Below, in pieces: positions 39,193 to 46,700 of a stretch of 49,356 nt of DNA. Numbering within the stretch: position 1 is the stretch's first letter; each line of letters opens with the position of its first letter. Both the position numbers and the translations under genes were made by a program. The stretch lies in the NCBI GenBank assembly GCA_947487055.1, contig CANKVN010000005.1, forward strand, positions 1 through 49,356. The letters run 5' to 3'. The notes under the pieces were generated by a model. That model saw only the letters and a program-made list of their open reading frames with translations. It made no database searches and was not told the DNA's origin. The stretch is from Flavobacteriales bacterium (GTDB taxonomy: Bacteria > Bacteroidota > Bacteroidia > NS11-12g > UBA955).

Positions 39193-40734
39193 ATGGAAAT
39201 CGTAGTATTTAGCCTGGCAGGCATCATCATAGGCCTAACATTGGGATATGTAGTATTTGTGCTGCTAAGGCGTAAACAATTAGAAACAGAACGCGGCAGC
39301 CTTATCGAGGAAGCCAAACTTCAGGCAGAAAACATCAAGAAAGACAGGATTTTAGAGGCAAAAGAGAAATACATGTCCCTGAAATCCGAGCATGAAAAAG
39401 AAGTAAACCGCCGCAACCAGGAAATGTCGAATGCGGAAAACCGCATCCGCCAGAAGGAACAAAGTTGGGATCAGAAACTGCAGCAAGTGAAGCAGAAAGA
39501 AGATGATCTCACCAAATCCCGCGAAACCCTTGATGCGCAGATGGAGGGATTGAAAAACAAACAGCGTGATGTGGAAGCCATGCGTGAACAACAACTGCTG
39601 CAACTGGAAAAAATGGCAGGATTGAGCGCCGCAGAAGCCAAAGAGCAAATGCTGGAAAACATCCGCTTCAAATCCCACAACGAAGGGCTATCCATTGCCA
39701 AAACCATTGTGGAAGAGGCAAAACTCAGCGCCACCCGCGACGCCAAGCGCATTGTGCTTCAAACAATACAGCGTACCGCTGCAGAAACAGCCATAGACAA
39801 TACCGTAACTTCATTCCCGCTGGAAAATGACGACGTAAAAGGCCGCATCATCGGTCGTGAAGGCCGTAACATCAAAGCGTTTGAAGCAGCCACCGGAGTG
39901 GAAATCCTGATTGATGACACCCCGGAAACCATTGTATTGAGTTGTTACGACCCTATCCGCCGCGAAATTGCACGGGTATCGCTGGAACGCCTTATCAAAG
40001 ACGGCCGTATCCACCCTGCCCGCATTGAGGAAGTAGTGGAAAAAACCAAAAAGCAAATCGAGGAAGAAGTTGTGGAATGGGGCGAAAGAACCGTTGTAGA
40101 CCTCGGAATTACCGGTTTGCATCCTGAGCTGATCCGCTACGTAGGCCGCATGCGTTTCCGCAGCAGTTTCGGACAGAACCTGCTGAAACACAGCCGCGAG
40201 GTTGCCCGTCTTTGCGCCACCATGGCTGCCGAAATGGGATTGAACGTGAAACTTGCAAAACGCGCAGGTCTGCTGCACGATATTGGTAAAGTTCCCGATT
40301 CCGACGAGGAAACGCCACACGCATTGCTGGGTATGAAACTGTGCGAAAAGTATGGCGAACACCCTGAAGTAATTAACGCTGTGGGTGCCCACCACGATGA
40401 AATAGAAATGACCAGCTTGCTGAGCCCTGTTATTCAGGCTTGCGATGCCATTTCAGGATCACGTCCCGGTGCCCGCCGCGGCGACGAACAATACGTTCAG
40501 CGTATCAAAGACATGGAAACCATGGCCCTGGGTTATCCCGGCGTAGAAAAGGCTTTTGCCATTCAGGCGGGCCGCGAGTTGCGCATCATCATGAGTGCTG
40601 AAAAAAGCACGGATGATCAGGCAGATACCCTGGCATTTGAAATCAGCACACGCATCATGACAGAAATGCGCTATCCCGGACAGGTGAAAATTACCGTTAT
40701 CCGCGAGAAACGCAGCGTTGGTGTTGCAAAATAA
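39193..40734 (+). CDS. rny: Ribonuclease Y
   Basis: N-terminal TM, coiled coil, KH (KGRIIGREGRNI), HD (AGLLHDIGK), AIQAGRELR. Confidence 0.98.
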   Translation: MEIVVFSLAGIIIGLTLGYVVFVLLRRKQLETERGSLIEEAKLQAENIKKDRILEAKEKYMSLKSEHEKEVNRRNQEMSNAENRIRQKEQSWDQKLQQVKQKEDDLTKSRETLDAQMEGLKNKQRDVEAMREQQLLQLEKMAGLSAAEAKEQMLENIRFKSHNEGLSIAKTIVEEAKLSATRDAKRIVLQTIQRTAAETAIDNTVTSFPLENDDVKGRIIGREGRNIKAFEAATGVEILIDDTPETIVLSCYDPIRREIARVSLERLIKDGRIHPARIEEVVEKTKKQIEEEVVEWGERTVVDLGITGLHPELIRYVGRMRFRSSFGQNLLKHSREVARLCATMAAEMGLNVKLAKRAGLLHDIGKVPDSDEETPHALLGMKLCEKYGEHPEVINAVGAHHDEIEMTSLLSPVIQACDAISGSRPGARRGDEQYVQRIKDMETMALGYPGVEKAFAIQAGRELRIIMSAEKSTDDQADTLAFEISTRIMTEMRYPGQVKITVIREKRSVGVAK

Positions 40735-40753
40735 TATTCCATTTTACATGAAG

Positions 40754-40786
40754 AAAGAGGCGGATAAACATCCGCCTCTTTTTTTT
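40754..40786. terminator. Intrinsic terminator after rny (probably bidirectional)
   Basis: AAAGAGGCGGAT-aaac-ATCCGCCTCTTT plus T-tract. Confidence 0.92.
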
Positions 40787-40802
40787 GCAACATGCAGCCC
40801 TT

Positions 40803-41369
40803 TTAAGCTGCCTTGCGGATGTAATTGTTGATTTCTGTATTCGGCACCAGGGTGTCGAAATCGCTGCGAACCGGGCGCACATGCAGGCTCCCTTCCCTTT
40901 TGATGATGCGCGGATTTCTAAAAAGGTAATTGTCCAGGTTAAAACCAAACAACCTTAACGCCTCTGGTGGAATGGCATTTGGCGTGCACAGGTAATGGTG
41001 TGCCGGAAGGCCCAAAAATTCGGCATCGGACTGCATACCCGGATCGGCATACCATGGAAAACGGCAACGCTGCGTATCGATACGCCAGAAGCTGTATGCA
41101 TCGAACCGGGCGCCATCTTTGCGGCGGTTTGGAAACCAATAGTCGTGTTTATCCACGAAGTAGGGAAACATGCCTTCGAAGGTTGGCAGCGCATTATGGG
41201 CAAATACGGCGCCATTTCGGGGCAAAACAAGGCCTTGTTTGGCGATTAGCCAGTTGCAGCTATGCTGATTATAGTTAACGTGCCAAAGGTAGCGCACGTG
41301 CAAAACGGGATTGCCCAGGGTAACCGTTGATTTAAGAACAGGAATGTAAATAGCAGGGTTTTCTTTCAT
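40803..41369 (-). CDS. Hypothetical cytoplasmic protein, possible ADP-ribosyltransferase (KptA/DUF952-like) fold
   Basis: 188-aa ORF; YLWHV...S...IAKQGL, VFA, FWRID, IPPEALRLF in ART-like order. Confidence 0.55.
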   Translation of the reverse strand: MKENPAIYIPVLKSTVTLGNPVLHVRYLWHVNYNQHSCNWLIAKQGLVLPRNGAVFAHNALPTFEGMFPYFVDKHDYWFPNRRKDGARFDAYSFWRIDTQRCRFPWYADPGMQSDAEFLGLPAHHYLCTPNAIPPEALRLFGFNLDNYLFRNPRIIKREGSLHVRPVRSDFDTLVPNTEINNYIRKAA

Positions 41370-41817
41370 GATGTAAGGGATGTTAGGTGCCGAAAATGGG
41401 GCAATTGAATTTCAAATACGCACCTGGCCATCCCTGGCCTTTTTAACGGTGCTCCCGGTCAAAGAACGAACCCCGGGCAGTTGGGCCACGGTTTCCGACA
41501 TTGGGGAGCACAAAGGGGTGTTTACATCAAATATGAGAGGGGTGTACAACACGAATATAGGAAATAAAATTGAATCTTACAAAATAATCAACTGTTAAAA
41601 TGTAGTACGAGCCTCAATTATTCGCCCATAATGGAATTTGGCATTTTGTTTGCACCCTGCTTATTATTGTAAGACAAATGAGAACAGCACCGGGGTTTTT
41701 AACACATTCAGGTCTCGACCGAGCTGCTTCTCGGCTTATTTTTTACGCTGTTCCTATTGGACACAAAGCAGAATCCGTCATTCCGGGAGATTCAAACGAC
41801 CCTTTCCGTTGCCAGTA

Positions 41818-42918
41818 ATGAAAAACATTAACTACACCACAGCGGTAATATTTGCTTTATTTTTGTTTTCCTGCAAAAAGAAAACAGAAACAATAAAACC
41901 AGCGGCAGACATCAACACAGCTGTGGACCAGGTGCCCATACCCACTGCAATCCCAACCAACAGCATTAAATACAAGGATACCGCTTTGGAGGATGTGCTG
42001 ATTAACGGGGTAACGAGCAAATGCAAAACCTACACTGCCGAGCGCATACAGCGGCTTAGTTCCTTCGATTACTTCTATACCGAAGACAAGGCTGATATAT
42101 GGCCCGGAAACATCATACAGAGCAGTTATATCAGAAATAGTGGACGTTTGGTATCGCTGGGCAATTTTCCAAGAGACAACATGAACTACAGCATTCAGGG
42201 AACCCTTGGATCCACCGGTTTCGGCCTTAGTAGCCCCAGCAACAATGCCTACCAGGCGGAATTTGATAAAAAATCCAAGTTGTTTTGGTTCATGCCTCCC
42301 TCCTATACCTACCAAAATGTTCAAACCACCTATTCTGCCAACCAGGCTTTTGTGGATTTGGGATTGAATTTTGGATTTCTGGCTGGCGGCCTGGAGGCCC
42401 GTTTTCAAAGCATAAACACCAGTGGGCTCACAACCATGTATATGCTGGTGAGGAACATTTACTTCACCGTAAGCGCTGAGTATCCATCCAATCCATCCGG
42501 TTTTTTTGGTGCCAATGTCAATGTGTCGGATTTGAAACGGGTTTTGACCACCGACAATGCTCCGGCCTACATATCCAGCGTTTCCTATGGTCGTGTTGCA
42601 TTGGTGAAGGTTGTTTCGGCCTTTAGCCAGAAGGAAACCAAGACTTGCATAGAACTGATATTAAACGGTTTTGGAGGTTCATTAACCACCGGGCAGAGGC
42701 AATTGGTATCCAGCCTGCAATTAACAGTAGAGGCCGCTCCGGGTCCGGAAACAGCCCTGAAAACAATGGATGATGTCAATAAATTCATCAACGACGGTTA
42801 TCAGTTCAACCACCGAACAGGTTGTGTGCCTGTAGGCTATGAAGCACGGTACCTGAAAGACAATTCTCCCCTGATAACCCATACAGCGCTTAGCTATAAA
42901 ATAATTGAGTGTCTATGA
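41818..42918 (+). CDS. Cholesterol-dependent cytolysin-like (thiol-activated cytolysin family) lipoprotein lacking domain 4
   Basis: Lipobox LFSC-KKK from ATG 41818; IWPGNII, NIYFTVS, PSGFF, PAYISSVSYGR, VPVGYEARYLKDNS parallel the CDC core motifs; no undecapeptide. Confidence 0.88.
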   Translation: MKNINYTTAVIFALFLFSCKKKTETIKPAADINTAVDQVPIPTAIPTNSIKYKDTALEDVLINGVTSKCKTYTAERIQRLSSFDYFYTEDKADIWPGNIIQSSYIRNSGRLVSLGNFPRDNMNYSIQGTLGSTGFGLSSPSNNAYQAEFDKKSKLFWFMPPSYTYQNVQTTYSANQAFVDLGLNFGFLAGGLEARFQSINTSGLTTMYMLVRNIYFTVSAEYPSNPSGFFGANVNVSDLKRVLTTDNAPAYISSVSYGRVALVKVVSAFSQKETKTCIELILNGFGGSLTTGQRQLVSSLQLTVEAAPGPETALKTMDDVNKFINDGYQFNHRTGCVPVGYEARYLKDNSPLITHTALSYKIIECL

Positions 42919-43529
42919 AAAATTGGATTTCTTCCGCTTTTACCATAGCCCTGGCCGCTGGATTAACGTTGTTAAATTCCTGCAAAAAAGAGCCAGAACC
43001 TGTTATCTACAACGACTATGTGGTGCCTTACCAGCTGGTGGAGGAGACTTTCAGGCTGGGAGCCCGCAGCACAGCCATCATATCGAACAAGTCCATCATG
43101 ACCAGAACGATTAAACTGCCTCCCAGAACGGTTTATTGGGCATACTGGATGGGTGCAGGGCCCGAGCCTGTGGATGCATTGGCCAAGGTGATTTTGCCGG
43201 CTGCAGCATCAAAACTCACCAAGGATCCTTTTATTGCGTATGCCTGGGGTTTATTGTCTGCCTTGAACCTTACAGAGATTGGTAAATCAAATGCTGATAT
43301 TTTTTTCATGACTACAGACCAGGCAGATAGTTTCAGTTTCACCAATTCCGACTTTCAGGCCTTTATTTCAAAACCACAGACCAAGAATATTCACGATAAG
43401 TATATCGATATCCTCGATACCCCTGCGGATCAGGACAAAACGATTATCATGGGACTGCGCAACCAAAATTACAGCGTTGGTGTGGATGTCAAAATCAAGG
43501 TTTGGGCCTTTGTGGTTAAGCCGTTGTAA
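42915..43529 (+). CDS. Hypothetical lipoprotein translationally coupled to the cytolysin-like gene
   Basis: Lipobox LNSC-KKE; ATGA overlap at 42915-42918. Confidence 0.8.
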   Translation: MKNWISSAFTIALAAGLTLLNSCKKEPEPVIYNDYVVPYQLVEETFRLGARSTAIISNKSIMTRTIKLPPRTVYWAYWMGAGPEPVDALAKVILPAAASKLTKDPFIAYAWGLLSALNLTEIGKSNADIFFMTTDQADSFSFTNSDFQAFISKPQTKNIHDKYIDILDTPADQDKTIIMGLRNQNYSVGVDVKIKVWAFVVKPL

Positions 43530-43683
43530 AAGCAACAGATGCCGTTCATAAGGCATCATTGCCTTCAAAAACCATTATTAACCTATCTCTTTTCCCCTCA
43601 AATACCATATGGTTATTTGGCTTTATGCCAATACAGGATTACTAATAAATCTGTATTCGTTTTTAACTGATGGGTGCGTATGC

Positions 43684-43716
43684 AAAAAAGGTTGTTCGCC
43701 AAATAGCGAACAACCT
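43684..43716 (-). terminator. Intrinsic terminator of the adhesin gene
   Basis: AGGTTGTTCGC-caaata-GCGAACAACCT with A6 tract on the left. Confidence 0.88.
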
Positions 43717-43738
43717 AATGAGCAAGTTAATTAATCAC

Positions 43739-46700
43739 TTACCTCAGGAGGGTAACATTGCCCTTCATTTCTTTTTCCAGGCCTGTGATGTCGGTATAAT
43801 TTAAGTATACACCATACACACCCACCGGATAATAATTGCCTTGCTTATCCAACCCGTTCCACTTCCCGTTTACCTCGTCGAAAATTTTATTTCCCCAACG
43901 ATCATAAATACGCAACCTATATGAAGTAATGCTTACGGTGGTTGGGTAAAAGAAATCATTGTTGTTATTGTTATTTGGGGTAAAGGCATTTGGGAGCCAG
44001 GTTTTCGGCTTGTATGCAATGTTGAATACTTGCTGGCTGCTGTCCATACAATACTTGCCGGAATACACTGAAAAATCTTTGGAACTTACCACCTGCTTGA
44101 CAATGAGGCTGCCTGCATCGTTACGGTTGAACGTGGTAATGGGGTTCGAAGACCAGTACTGGTTATTCAAATAATAGGTCCAGCGGTTTGCTGCAGTGCT
44201 AAAATCCTTCAGTTCGTATTCGGTCTCCGTTAAATAAACGGATGCCTGGGGCGTGAGCATGAACTTGGACTGGGGAACGGCAAACACCCTCGCACTCACC
44301 TTGGCGGAATCTTTGCAAATATTGGTTGCATCGGCCTGATATGAGGCAAACATCCTGTAGGTTCCGGACTGCTTATCTGAAGAGGTTGACACCTTGGGAT
44401 TTGGATCTGCAGAGGAATATCCTAAAGGTCCCTGCCACAAATACTGGTAATTGCCACCACCATTTGAATACAGGTGCAATGGCTCTCCTGCGCAAACAGG
44501 TTCTGTGGCCACTGGTTTAATAACGGGACGGGGATAGACCAAAACATGCGTTGTCAGGGTGTCCTTACAACCATATTTATCGACGGCATAAAGGGTGAAT
44601 TTTCCGGACATGCTATCTTCAATATCTGTAATCAAGGGACTTTGCAGGGTGCTGCTGTAACCGTTGGGACCAGACCAGCGGTATTTTTCTGCGCCATAGC
44701 CCGCCAATATCAGGTTAGCACCTGCACATAACTGTTGATCGTTGCTGATGTTGATATTGTCTTCAATGTTGAGTTTTACACTATCCCATGACTGACAGGT
44801 ATTGGCATCGGTTCCCCTAACATAATACAGGCCACCCATGGACAATGTGAGCCCGCTGATGCTAGGATTTTGCACCCCTGAGGTGAAGCCATTGGGGCCA
44901 ACCCAATTATAAGTAACCGCACCACGCGAACGCAAGGTGATGGTATCGCTCTTGCAATGCGGCGGATTCTGCTGAATCCAGGCAATTACATTCGGCAATT
45001 TGTTTATCACAACTGCAATCTTAGTGGTGTCATAACAGCCCTGCTTATCCCTTGCCATCAGCGTATACTGGCCTGAATCGGCAAAAACAGCATTTGTTTT
45101 AACATAATTGGGGTAGGCTTTGCTCAACAATATCTTATTGGGACCAAACCACCAGACAGAATCTGCTTCATACTGATAAGCACCCAGCTGTATGGCACTG
45201 TTATAGCAAAATGCCACCTGGTTTTTGGTCAATACCGGATTCTTGGCCGGCTGTTTCACGGTAAAGGTGTCAAGCGCGGTGCAGCCTTTATAATCTTTGA
45301 GGGTTACAATATAGTTGCCTGCCTTCAATTTTGAGGCCGTTGGCGTGTACTGTTTCGGCAATGAATTCCAGTTGTAGGTATAGCCACCATTTCCACCTTT
45401 AGGACCAATACTGATGGATGCTGTTCTGGCACCGTAGCAAATCAAATCCACCTGACCATTTCTTTGCACCTGGAGTTTTGCTGGTTCTTTAATGTAAACT
45501 GGGGTATAATCCATACAGCCATTGGCATCGAGCACATAGGCATCATACTTAAATGGAATTTGCCGTGCAGGAACTCCCTTTAAGGTGGTGCCCCTGATGG
45601 TGTCTTTACCGGTATAATACCAGAATCCATAAGGGAGCTTGCCTCCTACTGCTGCAATTTCGGCAAGGCCATCGCTAAACCCGTTACAAGAAACACTGTC
45701 GGTTTTTTTCACATAAATATCCAGTTCAGCAGGCTGGGTAAGCTGAATGGTATCCTTGTGCAAGCATCCGTGGGCGTCGGTAGATCGTACCCAATAACTT
45801 TGGGCCAGCAACTTGGTGGAACGCTTGACGGTATCTCCATTTTCCCATACGTAGCGGTATGGCGGTGTTCCACCTGCAAGTTCAAATTCAGCCCATCCAC
45901 TGTTCCCGTTATAACAAAGCACATTCTGCCTCTTTTTAAACAGGGTTATAAGCGAATCCGGCTGCGCCACTGTTATCTTCAGCGTATCATAACAACCTTG
46001 AAAATCCCGGATATAAACCCAATGGTTACCGGCATCCAGGTTATTCTTGGTATAGCCCTGAGCAGTATATCCACCATTGTCCCATTTCACATAGTGAGGG
46101 GTAGTTCCACCACTGACGCTGACTTCCGCAAATCCGGATTTGTCTTTGTAACAATTCAGGTTAATCAATTTCGCAATCTGAATCTTGATATCATCAGGTT
46201 GGGCGAGGAAGATACTGTCTTTGGTTAAACAGCTGTTGGCATCCCTTAGTTGCAAGACATACCATCCGGCAGCCAAATTTTTAGCTGTCTTATCAGTATA
46301 CTTTTTATTGTTGTTCCACAGGTAATTGTATACGCCGGTTCCACCGCGGGCAGTGGCTGTAATTTGTCCTGAGGTATCACCAAAACAGCGGATGTAGGTA
46401 TCTATTTTAAACTTCGCTTTCAGGCTATCTGGCTGGGCAATCATCACCGTATCTGATTGCTGGCATCGGTTGGCATCGGTAACCAAGACCTTATATAAAC
46501 CCGCCTTAAGGTTCTTGTATGTATTGCCTATTGTTTTGTTTTTCGAAATCCAGGTAATGGTATCCCACTGGTAGAAATAAACAGGCTTACCGCCAGAAAC
46601 CGTAACCGTGGCATTGCCCGTTTTGCCACCTGCACACAAAACATCATTTCGTGCAATGCTAAAATTCCATTTTGCAGGATTGGCTACTTTTACTTCTACA

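Noticed and set aside
41380-41598. 72-aa plus-strand ORF in the accessory spacer
   Set aside because: No recognisable features; it overlaps the putative structured leader and promoter on the other strand
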